Shown in pieces: positions 28,982 through 38,970 of a stretch of 40,000 nt of DNA. The position numbers and the translations under genes are program-made. Under the pieces are notes generated by a model. It had not been told where the DNA came from, ran no database searches, and saw nothing but the letters and a program-made list of their open reading frames with translations. Source of the stretch: Jejubacter calystegiae (GTDB lineage Bacteria > Pseudomonadota > Gammaproteobacteria > Enterobacterales > Enterobacteriaceae); the NCBI RefSeq assembly GCF_005671395.1, contig NZ_CP040428.1, positions 4,558,185 through 4,598,184 of the forward strand, given 5' to 3'. How positions within the stretch are numbered: position 1 is the stretch's first letter; the number at the start of each line of letters is the position of its first letter.

Positions 28982-29947
28982 TTACCCCCGGAACCGCTGC
29001 TGGTTTTCGAGGAACCACTGATAGGTGCTGGCCAGTCCCGGCTCCAGACCAATTTCATGGAACCAGCCCAGGCTGTGCAGGCGGCTGACGTCCGACAGCT
29101 TGCGCGGCGTGCCGTCCGGCTTCGAGGCATCGAACACGATGCGGCCGCGATAGCCCACCACTTTGGCCACGGTCTGGGCCAGCTCGCGAATGGTGCAGTC
29201 CACCCCGGTGCCGACGTTGATATGCGACAGCATCGGCTCGGTGTTCTCCTGCCACACTTCGCGATCCAGCTCCATCACGTGGATGCTGGCTGCCGCCATA
29301 TCGTCCACGTGCAGGAATTCGCGCATCGGCGTACCGCTGCCCCACACCACCACGTCCGGCGCATTCTCCCGGGTCGCCTCGTGAAAGCGACGCAGCAGCG
29401 CCGGGATCACGTGGGAGTTGCTCGGGTGGAAGTTGTCGTTCGGTCCGTACAGGTTGGTCGGCATTACCGAGCGATAGTCCCGGTCATACTGACGGTTGTA
29501 GGATTCGCACAGCTTAATACCCGCGATCTTGGCGATAGCGTAGGGCTCGTTGGTCGGCTCAAGCGTGCCCTGCAGCAGTTCGCTCTCCTTGATCGGCTGA
29601 TTGGCCATCTTCGGATAGATACAGGACGATCCCAGGAACAGCAGCTTATTCACGTTGTGGCTGTGGGCCGCGTGAATGATGTTGCTCTCGATCATCATGT
29701 TCTGGTAGATGAAGTCCGCCGGAAAGCTATTGTTGGCGACAATTCCCCCCACTTTGGCCGCCGCCAGGTAAACCTGGTCGATGGCCTCGCGGGCAAAGAA
29801 AGCGTCCACGGCGGCGCCGTCCAGCAGATTCAGCTCGTCGCGACCGCGCAGCACCAGCTCAACGTCCCCGCGCTGCTCCAGCTGGCGGACGATGGCCGAC
29901 CCCACCATTCCACGGTGGCCGGCCACAAAGATCCGTTGTTTCGTCAT
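28982..29947 (-). CDS. fcl: GDP-L-fucose synthase (GDP-4-keto-6-deoxymannose 3,5-epimerase/4-reductase)
   Basis: 321 aa. [32 protein letters not shown]...GSSCIYPK...YAIAKIAG. Colinear with E. coli Fcl/WcaG. Confidence 0.96.
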   Translation of the reverse strand: MTKQRIFVAGHRGMVGSAIVRQLEQRGDVELVLRGRDELNLLDGAAVDAFFAREAIDQVYLAAAKVGGIVANNSFPADFIYQNMMIESNIIHAAHSHNVNKLLFLGSSCIYPKMANQPIKESELLQGTLEPTNEPYAIAKIAGIKLCESYNRQYDRDYRSVMPTNLYGPNDNFHPSNSHVIPALLRRFHEATRENAPDVVVWGSGTPMREFLHVDDMAAASIHVMELDREVWQENTEPMLSHINVGTGVDCTIRELAQTVAKVVGYRGRIVFDASKPDGTPRKLSDVSRLHSLGWFHEIGLEPGLASTYQWFLENQQRFRG

Positions 29948-29949
29948 GC

Positions 29950-31071
29950 TCAGGACTCCAGCGCGATGGCCACCTCATAGCCGTGAGACTTCAGCAGCGA
30001 GTGCTTCTTCGCGGCTTCGAGATCTTTAGCGACCATTTCGGAGACCATCTCCTGCAGGGTGGTTTCCGGTTTCCAGCCCAGTTTTTCGTGCGCAAGGGTC
30101 GGATCGCCCAGCAGGGTTTCCACTTCCGCCGGACGGAAGTAACGCGGATCGACAGAGACAATCACATCGCCCGGCGCCACGCCCGGTGCGTCATGACCGG
30201 TGACCGATTCAACGATGCCTTTTTCATCCACGCCTTCACCTTCAAAGCGCAGTTTGATGCCCAGCTTCGCCGCCGCCATTTCCACGAACTGACGTACCGA
30301 ATACTGAACGCCCGTTGCGATAACGAAGTCTTCCGGCTGCTCCTGCTGCAGCATCATCCACTGCATTTTCACGTAATCTTTGGCATGGCCCCAGTCACGC
30401 AGGGAGTCCATGTTGCCAAGGTACAGGCACTTCTCCAGACCCTGAGCGATGTTGGCGATAGCGCGGGTGATCTTACGGGTCACGAAGGTTTCGCCACGGC
30501 GCGGAGATTCATGGTTGAACAGAATGCCGTTACAGGCGTACATGCCGTAGGATTCACGGTAGTTGACGGTGATCCAGTAGGCGTACAGTTTGGCGACCGC
30601 ATACGGAGAACGCGGGTAGAACGGCGTGGTCTCTTTCTGGGGGATTTCCTGCACCAGACCATAGAGTTCAGAAGTGGAAGCCTGATAGAAACGGGTTTTC
30701 TTCTCCAGACCCAGGAAGCGGATGGCTTCCAGCAGGCGCAGGGTGCCGATGGCATCCACGTCCGCGGTGTATTCCGGCGATTCGAAAGAAACCGCGACGT
30801 GACTCATAGCGCCAAGGTTATAGACCTCGTCCGGCTGCACCTCTTTCAGAATGCGGGTCAGGTTAGAGGAGTCGGTCAGATCGCCATAGTGCAGGTGGAA
30901 CTTCGGGTTGCTGGCATGGGGATCCTGATAAATGTGGTCGACGCGCTCGGTATTAAAGGAGGACGCGCGGCGTTTGATACCGTGCACTTCATACCCCTTC
31001 TCAAGCAGTAATTCAGCCAGATAAGAGCCATCCTGCCCGGTTACGCCGGTAATGAGAGCCACTTTACTCAT
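29950..31071 (-). CDS. gmd: GDP-mannose 4,6-dehydratase
   Basis: 373 aa. [48 protein letters not shown]...STSELYG...[10 protein letters not shown] are canonical Gmd motifs. Confidence 0.97.
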   Translation of the reverse strand: MSKVALITGVTGQDGSYLAELLLEKGYEVHGIKRRASSFNTERVDHIYQDPHASNPKFHLHYGDLTDSSNLTRILKEVQPDEVYNLGAMSHVAVSFESPEYTADVDAIGTLRLLEAIRFLGLEKKTRFYQASTSELYGLVQEIPQKETTPFYPRSPYAVAKLYAYWITVNYRESYGMYACNGILFNHESPRRGETFVTRKITRAIANIAQGLEKCLYLGNMDSLRDWGHAKDYVKMQWMMLQQEQPEDFVIATGVQYSVRQFVEMAAAKLGIKLRFEGEGVDEKGIVESVTGHDAPGVAPGDVIVSVDPRYFRPAEVETLLGDPTLAHEKLGWKPETTLQEMVSEMVAKDLEAAKKHSLLKSHGYEVAIALES

Positions 31072-31171
31072 AAAATTTTATCCTCTGTATTATGTCGGGC
31101 TATGTCTTAGCGCCAGGCTCGACATTGAGCCGTGAGTGTGCAAAAACCCTGGTTTTTTCTACGCCGTTTAT

Positions 31172-31717
31172 TTATTCCGGCGTTCGATTGCGTACTACCT
31201 GCGCCGGGTTGCCCCGACAAATGGCGTTGGCCGGCAGCGACTTAAATACGCTGCTACGGGCCCCCACCACGGTGCCGGCGCCAATTTCAACGCCGGGCGC
31301 GACGAAGACATCCGTCGCCAGCCAACATTTCTCGCCAATCACAATTGGGGTGGCGTTAATATCGAAATGCTCGCTCATATAATCGTGACTGCCGGTGCAC
31401 AGATAACATTTCTGTGAAACCACGGCGTTAGCGCCGATGGAAATATCGCCCAGGTTGTATAACACCGCGTCGTCGCCTACCCAGACATAATCGCCAAGGG
31501 TTAATTTCCACGGGTAGGTAATTTTCACCGATGGGCGAATAACCACATTTTTTCCAATTCGTGCGCCGAACAGCCGTAATAAAAAAGCGCGCCACCGATA
31601 GAGTATTTGTGGGGACCATGCAAATAGCGTTGCCTGTACCGCCCACCACAGTTGAACCTTAATAGGGTGCCCTCCCCGGAAGCCTTTCGGCACCGAGAAT
31701 CCGCTTAACTCCTGCAT
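31172..31717 (-). CDS. wcaF: Colanic acid O-acetyltransferase WcaF (left-handed beta-helix / hexapeptide repeat)
   Basis: 181 aa. MQELSGFSVPKGFRGGHPIKVQLWWAVQATLFAWSP... plus C-terminal hexapeptide repeats (IGANAVVS, IGEKCWLA, IGAGTVVGA). Position is between wcaE and gmd. Confidence 0.92.
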   Translation of the reverse strand: MQELSGFSVPKGFRGGHPIKVQLWWAVQATLFAWSPQILYRWRAFLLRLFGARIGKNVVIRPSVKITYPWKLTLGDYVWVGDDAVLYNLGDISIGANAVVSQKCYLCTGSHDYMSEHFDINATPIVIGEKCWLATDVFVAPGVEIGAGTVVGARSSVFKSLPANAICRGNPAQVVRNRTPE

Positions 31718-31739
31718 ATTATTTCCTTATGCTGTGCGG

Positions 31740-32492
31740 TTATGCCTTGTTATACAGCGCCTTAGCTTTACCGGTGGTCCGTAACCGAAATTGATATGAA
31801 ATTTCAGCCAGAAAACCAGGTACCCGCAATATCCGACGCTGTACTTTTTTAGCATCGCGGCATAATTCAAGATTATTCGAGGTCGAGACGCCGCCCATAG
31901 AAAATTCAGATACCAGCCCTTTGAGGCGTTTAAAGGGGTAGCCCTCTTTATACATTCTGGCGGCCAGCGCGTAATCGGAAGAGACTTTATATTGCAGATC
32001 GTAGGGATATTGCTTAAGCCCATTCACCGGGAAAAAAATCGCCTGATGGCTGGCGGGCAGGCTGTGGTATATGTACCAGCCGCTTTTAGCGCTACGACGC
32101 ACTTTATTACCATCGCCGAAATCCAACAGCGCATCGCCAAGATACATGGCGCGATCCTGTTTTTGCTGCGCCAGCTGCTGCGCCACTTCGCCGACGTTCT
32201 GGTGGAAGACATCGCCGGAGTTCAGGAAGATGGCGTAACGCCCACGAGACATCGCAATGCCCTTGTTCATGGCGTCATAGATGCCGTTATCTTTCTCGCT
32301 GAGGTAGCGTAACTGGTACTGTCCGTTCAGGTTTTCCAGAAATTCGCGGGTACCGTCCTGCGAGTCGCCATCTACCACGATCCACTCGAACTCGATCCCC
32401 GGGGTATCTGCCAGATGAGCCAGCGACTGCCAGGTTTTCACCACCCCTTCATAATTTTTCCAGGCGACAGTAATCACGCTTAACAGAATCAT
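31740..32492 (-). CDS. wcaE: Colanic acid glycosyltransferase WcaE (GT2)
   Basis: [27 protein letters not shown]...[21 protein letters not shown]...[12 protein letters not shown]...NSGD. I chose the ATG at 32492 (SD GAGG 8 nt upstream, matches the E. coli N-terminus) over 32504. Confidence 0.9.
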   Translation of the reverse strand: MILLSVITVAWKNYEGVVKTWQSLAHLADTPGIEFEWIVVDGDSQDGTREFLENLNGQYQLRYLSEKDNGIYDAMNKGIAMSRGRYAIFLNSGDVFHQNVGEVAQQLAQQKQDRAMYLGDALLDFGDGNKVRRSAKSGWYIYHSLPASHQAIFFPVNGLKQYPYDLQYKVSSDYALAARMYKEGYPFKRLKGLVSEFSMGGVSTSNNLELCRDAKKVQRRILRVPGFLAEISYQFRLRTTGKAKALYNKA

Positions 32493-32500
32493 ATCTGACC

Positions 32501-33724
32501 TCATAAGGAGTCTGTGTTGTTTAACGCTTTACGCAGAATAAACGGACAGACGATTAAGAACGCATATTCCGGACTAAATATTGAGCCGGTAAAAAACAAC
32601 GACAATGGCATAAACAGCCAAAGCTGTACGCGGAAGTTCTGGTTATTGCCAAAGGCTCCGCGGAACATTTTTACAATCCGTGCCATATACCAGGCAGTAA
32701 GAATAATCGCAAACCATGAAAAATAGATGATTAGCAGATACAGCCCATTGTCTATGGTTTTACCGACGTCCGCACCGTTAAAAATTCCGAATGATGCGAC
32801 ATATTCGTAAAGAGAACCAAATCGCACTACACCATCAATATTGGTCAGGGAGTATCCGACCATCACCAGCGGCCCGACAATACGATAGTAAGATGACGAT
32901 CCTTCGGTCCCTAAATCACCAATACGGTCAGCAATATACGGGAAACCAAATACCAGCCCGACCATAAAGGCCCCTAGCGAAATAATCGCCAGCGGTAACT
33001 TCTTCCTTATTGCGTTGGCATTCAGGTACTTAAAGCCCCACTCCAGCAGATAGAACATAATAAAGGTCATCACCCCGGAGAAAGACCCTGAAAGAACTAT
33101 GCCTAACAAAATCATAGCATCAGTCTTGGGGGTTTTGATACCGAACTGCTTTACGCAAAGCCAAATTGAGATTAATGCCAATGCAAAGAATGCGGGTTCA
33201 AAATAGAGCGCCGTAGTACGTTTCCCGCCGAATTTAATAAAATTCAGAACATAGCTATTACTGTATATCAAATAACCAGAGATTGTTTTAAGCAGGCTAC
33301 TTCCACCAGTAAGGATAATCTCAATCATCTCTACCGCAGCGATACTCACCACAATGCCGATAACGATATAGAACATTCTCAACAATTTGCGATGGTTACG
33401 CTGTGAAACCGTCTTAAAGCGAATGCTCCAGGTCATCCCGATAATGATGACGATATAGACGAACAGCATTGTCGAGGTGACATACTTACTGGCATCCAGC
33501 GACTGGCCGAAGATGTAGTTGAACAACGTCAGCCCGGCGCCGATACCCAGTGCTATCATCAGCTTTTTCAGGCTGATGCGTTCCATAAACAGCAGCAAAA
33601 TAACCGGCAGAAAGGTCACGATGGTGACAGGGAAGCTTTCACCCAGGTTAACCAGCTTAACGTTAACCAGCAGATAGATAATGGGTAACAGCAGGTAGCT
33701 ACAGACTCTGATAGAACGAGACAT
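32501..33724 (-). CDS. wcaD: Colanic acid polymerase WcaD (polytopic membrane protein)
   Basis: [60 protein letters not shown]... This gives 407 aa from the ATG at 33724, colinear with E. coli WcaD (405 aa). The 74-codon ORF-track extension is an out-of-frame read through the wcaC 3' end and is rejected. Confidence 0.92.
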   Translation of the reverse strand: MSRSIRVCSYLLLPIIYLLVNVKLVNLGESFPVTIVTFLPVILLLFMERISLKKLMIALGIGAGLTLFNYIFGQSLDASKYVTSTMLFVYIVIIIGMTWSIRFKTVSQRNHRKLLRMFYIVIGIVVSIAAVEMIEIILTGGSSLLKTISGYLIYSNSYVLNFIKFGGKRTTALYFEPAFFALALISIWLCVKQFGIKTPKTDAMILLGIVLSGSFSGVMTFIMFYLLEWGFKYLNANAIRKKLPLAIISLGAFMVGLVFGFPYIADRIGDLGTEGSSSYYRIVGPLVMVGYSLTNIDGVVRFGSLYEYVASFGIFNGADVGKTIDNGLYLLIIYFSWFAIILTAWYMARIVKMFRGAFGNNQNFRVQLWLFMPLSLFFTGSIFSPEYAFLIVCPFILRKALNNTDSL

Positions 33725-34916
33725 ACTCCTCCAGCATCTGTTTTCCGCTATAGGCCTTGCGCGATTCGGCCATAAACGCCGCAAGGTCGCAGTCAAAGAC
33801 TGCCTGGGCCAGCTGCGCCTTCGGCAACTGGGCCAGCGCCGCCACCTCTTGCGCGCTAAAGGTGCGCCCGCCGGTTCTGGCCAGCACTTCACGGGCGGCG
33901 TCGCTGTGGGTGGCGATAACAGGTACCCCAATCGACAGCGCTTCACACAGAATCAGCGGATAGTTGTCCACCCGCGAGCTGAACACCAGAGAATCCATCT
34001 GGTTCAGCTCGCTCATCAGAGCGCGCTTATCGGTCATAAAACCGTGGTTGATCACGTTCGGTCCTTCAAAGGGCGAGAACTTGCCAAAGGTGTGCAGCTC
34101 GATTTTATCGCCCAGCGCCATCAGCTCGCGCACCAGCTTCTGATCGGTTTTCCCGTCGTAGCGCAAATCGTGCGCCACCACGGCGACTTTCGGCGCCCCC
34201 TGCCCCGGAGCCACGGCGGGTAGATCCGCCAGAATCGCCTCGGTGGCCACGTCGATACCGTTGTTAATCACCTTACAGCGCCCGGCGCCATACAGGCTGT
34301 TAAAGGCCTCCGCCACGTGGTTACTTGGCGAAATAAAGCGGCAGCCCAGACCCAGCATGCTGCGAAACAGGTCGCGCTTTTCGCCCACCAGACTGGCGGC
34401 GCGATCCACCTTTACCGGCGGATAGTTGGTCAGGGTTGGACAGGCGCTACAGCCGCTTTTCCAGCCTTCGCAGCCATCGGTAAAAGCGCAGCGACCGGTA
34501 ACGCTCCAGTGATCGTGCAGCGTCCAGACCAGGGTCACGTCAGGCTTATGGCTCTTCACCTTCTGGCAGAACGCCACCACCTCTTTCAGGTTGAGCCAGT
34601 AGCTGTGCAGCACGTGGAAATGCAGCACCACCGGCCCTTCGCTGCGCGTCACCGTGCGATAAAGGTTATTCAGATTGCCGAACGGGTCGCGGTTAAGGAA
34701 ACGAAACAGCACAATATTGGCGACAGAGACCAGACGCGGCGTGTGTTTGACTACGTCCGGGTAGTTGTCATGGCTGACGCTGTTTTTGCCGCCTTTGCCG
34801 TAGCCGTATATAAAGCGTGAAGAAAGACCCGCTGCCCGTGCCCGCTGATGAAGGTCAAGCGCCACACCGGCCGCGCCGCCTTCTGCAAGGCGCACATTAA
34901 ATTGTAAGATATTCAC
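33699..34916 (-). CDS. wcaC: Colanic acid glycosyltransferase WcaC (GT4)
   Basis: 405 aa. MNILQFNVRLAEGGAAGVALDLHQRA... has the same length as E. coli WcaC. Position is between wcaB and wcaD. It overlaps the wcaD start by 26 nt. Confidence 0.92.
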   Translation of the reverse strand: MNILQFNVRLAEGGAAGVALDLHQRARAAGLSSRFIYGYGKGGKNSVSHDNYPDVVKHTPRLVSVANIVLFRFLNRDPFGNLNNLYRTVTRSEGPVVLHFHVLHSYWLNLKEVVAFCQKVKSHKPDVTLVWTLHDHWSVTGRCAFTDGCEGWKSGCSACPTLTNYPPVKVDRAASLVGEKRDLFRSMLGLGCRFISPSNHVAEAFNSLYGAGRCKVINNGIDVATEAILADLPAVAPGQGAPKVAVVAHDLRYDGKTDQKLVRELMALGDKIELHTFGKFSPFEGPNVINHGFMTDKRALMSELNQMDSLVFSSRVDNYPLILCEALSIGVPVIATHSDAAREVLARTGGRTFSAQEVAALAQLPKAQLAQAVFDCDLAAFMAESRKAYSGKQMLEEYVSFYQSL

Positions 34917-35425
34917 TTCACTACCTTTACTCTGGCCTTATCGCCCATCACCACCGCATTGTCCGGCACGCTGTCCAGCACCAGGCTGCCCGCGCCGATA
35001 ACCACGTTATCGCCGATAGTAATAGGACCGATAAGCATCACGTTGGCGCCCACTTCGACATGGTTACCGATCACCGGTCGCGACTGACTTTTATCACGAC
35101 CGCCAATACCGCCGCGCCCGCCAATGGTCACGCCATGGCGAATGGCGAAGTCATCGCCAATAACGGCAAACTTACTGATGACCACGCCGTAGCCGTGATG
35201 AATGGTAAAGCGACGACCGATAACTGCCGCGGCCTGAATTTCGTAACCAAACAGGCATTCGGTCAGTAAGCGGTACATAATCAGCACCGGCGCGGCCCAC
35301 AGGTTGTTCAGGACGTTTTTCTTACGCCAGACCGAGCAAAAATGGGCGATACGGTAAGAAACCACCATGAAGCACGGGCGCGGATTCCAGGAGTTAGCGC
35401 GTAAATCTTCCAGTAAATGCATCAT
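34913..35425 (-). CDS. wcaB: Colanic acid O-acetyltransferase WcaB (serine acetyltransferase-like hexapeptide protein)
   Basis: 170 aa. ..LEDLRANSWNPRPCFMVVSYRIAHFCSVWRKKNVLNNLWAAPVLIMYRLLTECLFGYEIQAAAVIGRRFTIHHGYGVVI.. is colinear with E. coli WcaB. It has ATGA-type overlaps with both neighbours. Confidence 0.92.
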   Translation of the reverse strand: MMHLLEDLRANSWNPRPCFMVVSYRIAHFCSVWRKKNVLNNLWAAPVLIMYRLLTECLFGYEIQAAAVIGRRFTIHHGYGVVISKFAVIGDDFAIRHGVTIGGRGGIGGRDKSQSRPVIGNHVEVGANVMLIGPITIGDNVVIGAGSLVLDSVPDNAVVMGDKARVKVVK

Positions 35426-36270
35426 TATTTCCCTATAAAGCCCTGAGCCATGCGCTTGGTGTTACGCAGCGACAGCAGCGCCATGCAGGTACGCAGGGAC
35501 ATCCGCTTGTTGCGAATCGTATACAGCGTATACAGCTGATACTTACGACTGCCGCGGTCGAATTTGTCTTTATGCTTGCGATAGAAATTAAAGTAGCCGG
35601 CAAATTTCTTGCGCGAGGTGCCGATCTTTAAACCACCGTGGTTAACGTGCAGTACCTGGGTGGCTTCTTCCACTTTCCAGGGGGCGCCATTGTCCACCAC
35701 CAGGCGCAGGAAGGCGTCGTAATCCTGGGCTGCAGGCAGCGTGACATCGAACAGACTGGCCTGAAAGCGTTTGGTATAGGTAAAGATCTGGTTGCCGATA
35801 ATATTGCGCTTAAAGAACTGCTTTAGGGTAAACGGCGTTTTGGGGTATAGCGGCAGGCTGGCCGGCTGAGAATAGACCTCGCCTCTGCACACATAGTCGT
35901 TGGCATACAAAAAGGCGTGGGTCACCAGCTGATGCCGGTGTTCCAGGAACACCGAGAGCCGGTTCGGCGTCCATTCGTCGTCGTCGTCAATTCCGGTAAT
36001 AAATTCGCCTTTCGCCTGCAGAATCGCCTGGTTGCGCACCGCACAGGCGCCGGAGTTAATCTCGTTGTGAACGTAGGTCACCCGGGAGTCGTTCAGCTCG
36101 CTCACAAACTGCTGCAACTGCTCATAAGAGGAGGAGCAGTCATCGACAATGATCATCTCCCAGTTATCGTAATCCTGGCGCAGCACCGATTTAATGGCGC
36201 GAATGGCCAGTTGCTGACGATTCCAGGTAGGCATATAGATTGAAACCAGAGGACGCGTTTGATTGACCAT
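35425..36270 (-). CDS. wcaA: Colanic acid glycosyltransferase WcaA (GT2)
   Basis: 281 aa. PLVSIYMPTWNRQQLAIRAIKSVLRQDYDNWEMIIVDDCSS...GIDDDDEW (GT2 DxD). It is the first gene after wzc, as in E. coli. Confidence 0.92.
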   Translation of the reverse strand: MVNQTRPLVSIYMPTWNRQQLAIRAIKSVLRQDYDNWEMIIVDDCSSSYEQLQQFVSELNDSRVTYVHNEINSGACAVRNQAILQAKGEFITGIDDDDEWTPNRLSVFLEHRHQLVTHAFLYANDYVCRGEVYSQPASLPLYPKTPFTLKQFFKRNIIGNQIFTYTKRFQASLFDVTLPAAQDYDAFLRLVVDNGAPWKVEEATQVLHVNHGGLKIGTSRKKFAGYFNFYRKHKDKFDRGSRKYQLYTLYTIRNKRMSLRTCMALLSLRNTKRMAQGFIGK

Positions 36271-36304
36271 TTTTTATCTTTTCCTCAAATCATATTTGCC
36301 GTCA

Positions 36305-36326
36305 GGGCCGCCCCAAAGCGCGGCCC
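36305..36326 (-). other. GC-rich stem-loop in the wzc-wcaA spacer (possible attenuator or mRNA-stability element)
   Basis: GGGCCGCcccaaagcGCGGCCC, a 7-bp stem at 36305-36311 / 36320-36326 with an 8-nt loop. No U-tract follows on the - strand. Confidence 0.3.
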
Positions 36327-36355
36327 CACTGATGCCCTGGCGTTCGGGCAGAAAC

Positions 36356-38518
36356 TCAGCGGCTCTCTGACTTGTACTCATACTCGTAATAGCCATAGTC
36401 CTGGTAGCCGGAAGCCCGACGGAAGACGGAGTTCAGAATCACGCCGCGAACCTTGATGCCGTTCTGTTCGAAGCGACCGACGCTGGTTTCCACCTCTTTC
36501 AGGGTGTTCATGGCATAACGCGCTACCACAAGCGTCGTGCCCGCCAGACGACCCACTACGGCGGCATCGGTCACCGCCAGGATCGGCGGGGTATCGATAA
36601 CCACCATGTCGTAGTGCTGACTGGCCCACTTCACCAGCGCTTCAAAACGCTCGCTCATCAGCAGCTCGGAAGGGTTCGGCGGCACCTGGCCGCGCGGTAC
36701 CAGGTCAAAGCCCGGAATGGAAGTTTTCTGAACCGCGCTGGCAATGTCCCCCTGCCCGACCAGCAGGTCAGACAGGCCATGGGCATTGGTGGTGCCCAGC
36801 AGTTCATGGGTATAGCCTTTACGCATATCACAGTCGATCAGCAACACCCGCTTATTGGTCTGGCTGATCACCGCCGCCAGGTTGGCCGCCACAAAGGTTT
36901 TACCGATGGAGGGGCTGACCCCGGAAAGCATCAGCACATTATTGCTGGACTGCATCATGGCGAAGTGTAGGCTGGTACGCAGGCTGCGGATCGCCTCGAT
37001 GGCGAGGTCGGTCGGATTGCCCACCGCCAGAAGCTGGCTCTGCTTGTAGCGCTTCTCGCCCTTGATGGTCTTAACGGTATCGCGCTCTTTCTGCCAGTCG
37101 GAAAGCGGGATGCTGGCATAAACGTTGAGGCCCGCATCTTCCAGCGCCTGCGGACTTTCGATACCGCGGTTCAGGATGGCGCGCAGCAGTACGCCGATAA
37201 TCGACAGCATCAGGCCCAGAATAATGCTGCCCAGAATCACCAGCGCCGACTTCGGCTTCACCGCGCCCGGCTGGGTAATAGCCGGATCGACGATACGCAC
37301 GTTACCCACGGTGCTGGCTTCGGTGATCTTCAGCTCCTGCTGTTTATTCAGCAGTTGCATATAGACCTGCTGACCGGACTCCACGTCGCGGGTCAGACGC
37401 ACGATCTCCTGCTGGGTCTGCGGCATATCGCTGATACGCGAATTCAGCTTCGCTTTCTCATCTTCCAGCACCCGACGTTTTTCCAGCAGAGTGCGGTAGG
37501 CCGGGTGGCGTTTGGTATACAGCTTGGAGATTTCGGCTTCTTTAAAGGTCAGTTCGTTAAGCTGGGCATCGATATTCACCACCGAATCAAGTACCGATTT
37601 GGCCTCCAGCGGCAGATCCACGGAATCTTTGTTCTGACGGTAGGCGTTAAGCTTGTTTTCCGCCTCGTCCAGATGGCCGCGCACCTCCGGCAGCTGTTTA
37701 TCGAGAAATTTCAGGCTGTGTGAGGCTTCAGCCGATTTACGCTCGATGTTCTGCGCCTGGTAGTTACGGGTGATGGCATTCAGAATGTCACGAATCTGAT
37801 CGCGATCCTCACCGGTGAAGGTCAGGGTCATCACGCCGGTATCCTTACCGCTTTCAGTCACGCTCAGGTTACCCTGCAGCGATTTAATCATGCCCAGCGT
37901 GGAGTATTTGGTCACGGTGAAATCGCTGCCTGGCGAGGCGTGAATGGCGTCTATCTTCATGGTCACGCCATCTTTGTTCAGCGGTTTGCCGACTTCGCCG
38001 CGGGCGCTGAAGCCGTCGTCGTTGCTCAGCAGATAGTGGGTGTCATCCACCACTTCCACGGTCCAGGTCTGCTTTGCTCCGCCTGCAGGCAGATTAAAAG
38101 TGGTGACCTTTACAGTGTCATCCTGACGGCCCATCAGACGGTCCCAACCGGCGCCGAACAGCGGAAAGTGGTTCTTCTCAACCGCGATATCCAGGTCGAG
38201 ATCGTCTACGGTCTTGCCCAGCACCAGACGCGACTGAATCAGCTGCATTTCCGCCTCGGAGGCGGGGGGCTTGCTGTTCAGGGCGCTGTTGATATCCTGG
38301 ACCAGCGAGCTGGTGGAGTTTTGCTCTATCTGTACCATCGCATCCGCGCTGTAGATAGGCGTAGCGAACATGACGTAAACGATAGCGATGGTCGCGAAGA
38401 CCGCGGTGGTCCCCAGCACCCACCAGCGGGCCTCAATGACCGTACCAATCAGGCGGCCGATATCGATTTCATCATTGCCCTCAGTCGAGGCGGCAGAATG
38501 TTTTACTTGTTCTGTCAT
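36356..38518 (-). CDS. wzc: Tyrosine autokinase / polysaccharide co-polymerase Wzc (PCP-2a)
   Basis: MTEQVKHSAASTEGNDEIDIGRLIGTVIEARWWVLG... has Walker A GVSPSIGKTF and a C-terminal Tyr cluster ASGYQDYGYYEYEYKSESR. This gives 720 aa from the ATG at 38518, as in E. coli Wzc. The ORF-track start at 38554 overlaps wzb and is rejected. Confidence 0.96.
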   Translation of the reverse strand: MTEQVKHSAASTEGNDEIDIGRLIGTVIEARWWVLGTTAVFATIAIVYVMFATPIYSADAMVQIEQNSTSSLVQDINSALNSKPPASEAEMQLIQSRLVLGKTVDDLDLDIAVEKNHFPLFGAGWDRLMGRQDDTVKVTTFNLPAGGAKQTWTVEVVDDTHYLLSNDDGFSARGEVGKPLNKDGVTMKIDAIHASPGSDFTVTKYSTLGMIKSLQGNLSVTESGKDTGVMTLTFTGEDRDQIRDILNAITRNYQAQNIERKSAEASHSLKFLDKQLPEVRGHLDEAENKLNAYRQNKDSVDLPLEAKSVLDSVVNIDAQLNELTFKEAEISKLYTKRHPAYRTLLEKRRVLEDEKAKLNSRISDMPQTQQEIVRLTRDVESGQQVYMQLLNKQQELKITEASTVGNVRIVDPAITQPGAVKPKSALVILGSIILGLMLSIIGVLLRAILNRGIESPQALEDAGLNVYASIPLSDWQKERDTVKTIKGEKRYKQSQLLAVGNPTDLAIEAIRSLRTSLHFAMMQSSNNVLMLSGVSPSIGKTFVAANLAAVISQTNKRVLLIDCDMRKGYTHELLGTTNAHGLSDLLVGQGDIASAVQKTSIPGFDLVPRGQVPPNPSELLMSERFEALVKWASQHYDMVVIDTPPILAVTDAAVVGRLAGTTLVVARYAMNTLKEVETSVGRFEQNGIKVRGVILNSVFRRASGYQDYGYYEYEYKSESR

Positions 38519-38520
38519 TG

Positions 38521-38964
38521 TTATCCCTGCTGAGCTGTCAGTGCTTGCGCCCACTTACGGGCAGAAAGGTCGAGAAGGTCGTATACCGCTTCAAAGGCCT
38601 CGCGGCTTTTGCGGAAGGGGTCAGGGATCTCACGCTCGTTATCCCAGTGCCCAAACAGCATCACCTTGCCGCGCATTTCCGGGGCAAGTTCGCACAGCGA
38701 GTGGATATGACGCTTTTCCATGGCGAGGATCAGATCGTAGCCACGGCACATTTTGCCGGTGACCTGGCGGGCGCAGTGGCCCTCCAGCGACAGGTCGTGC
38801 GCGCGGGCGATCTCCAGAGCGCTGGCATCCGCCTCCCGGCCAACCAGCGCGCCAAGTCCCGCCGACTCCACCGTGAGTCCGGGCTGATAGTTCTTGAGCA
38901 GACGCTCTGCCGTGGGGGAACGGCAGACGTTCCCCACACAAACCACAAGTATTTTGTTAAACAT
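38521..38964 (-). CDS. wzb: Low-molecular-weight protein-tyrosine phosphatase Wzb
   Basis: 147 aa. MFNKILVVCVGNVCRSPTAERLL carries the CX5R(S/T) P-loop. ...DPF supplies the catalytic Asp region. Position is between wza and wzc. Confidence 0.96.
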   Translation of the reverse strand: MFNKILVVCVGNVCRSPTAERLLKNYQPGLTVESAGLGALVGREADASALEIARAHDLSLEGHCARQVTGKMCRGYDLILAMEKRHIHSLCELAPEMRGKVMLFGHWDNEREIPDPFRKSREAFEAVYDLLDLSARKWAQALTAQQG

Positions 38965-38970
38965 AAGGCG

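Noticed and set aside
17601-31011. Very long ORFs antisense to colanic acid genes. Examples are 22144-23430 (428 aa), 17601-18776 (391 aa), 28856-29980 (374 aa), 29983-31011 (342 aa), 20160-21023 (287 aa), 19297-20115 (272 aa) and 27736-28542 (268 aa). A further one lies at 38518-39462 (314 aa).
   Set aside because: Each lies entirely opposite a strongly conserved, confidently identified gene. Their translations are low-complexity and rich in R/G/H/Q/V/A, with no recognisable motifs. Open antisense frames of this length are expected in GC-rich, high-GC3 genes because stop codons are depleted. No start or SD context supports them.
34913-35425. An apparent ~8-residue Gly-rich insertion (GGRGGIGGRDKSQSRP) in WcaB relative to the E. 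coli WcaB sequence I remember.
   Set aside because: The comparison rests on recalled sequence only. The insertion lies in a loop of a hexapeptide-repeat protein where length variation is common, and there is no frame disruption.
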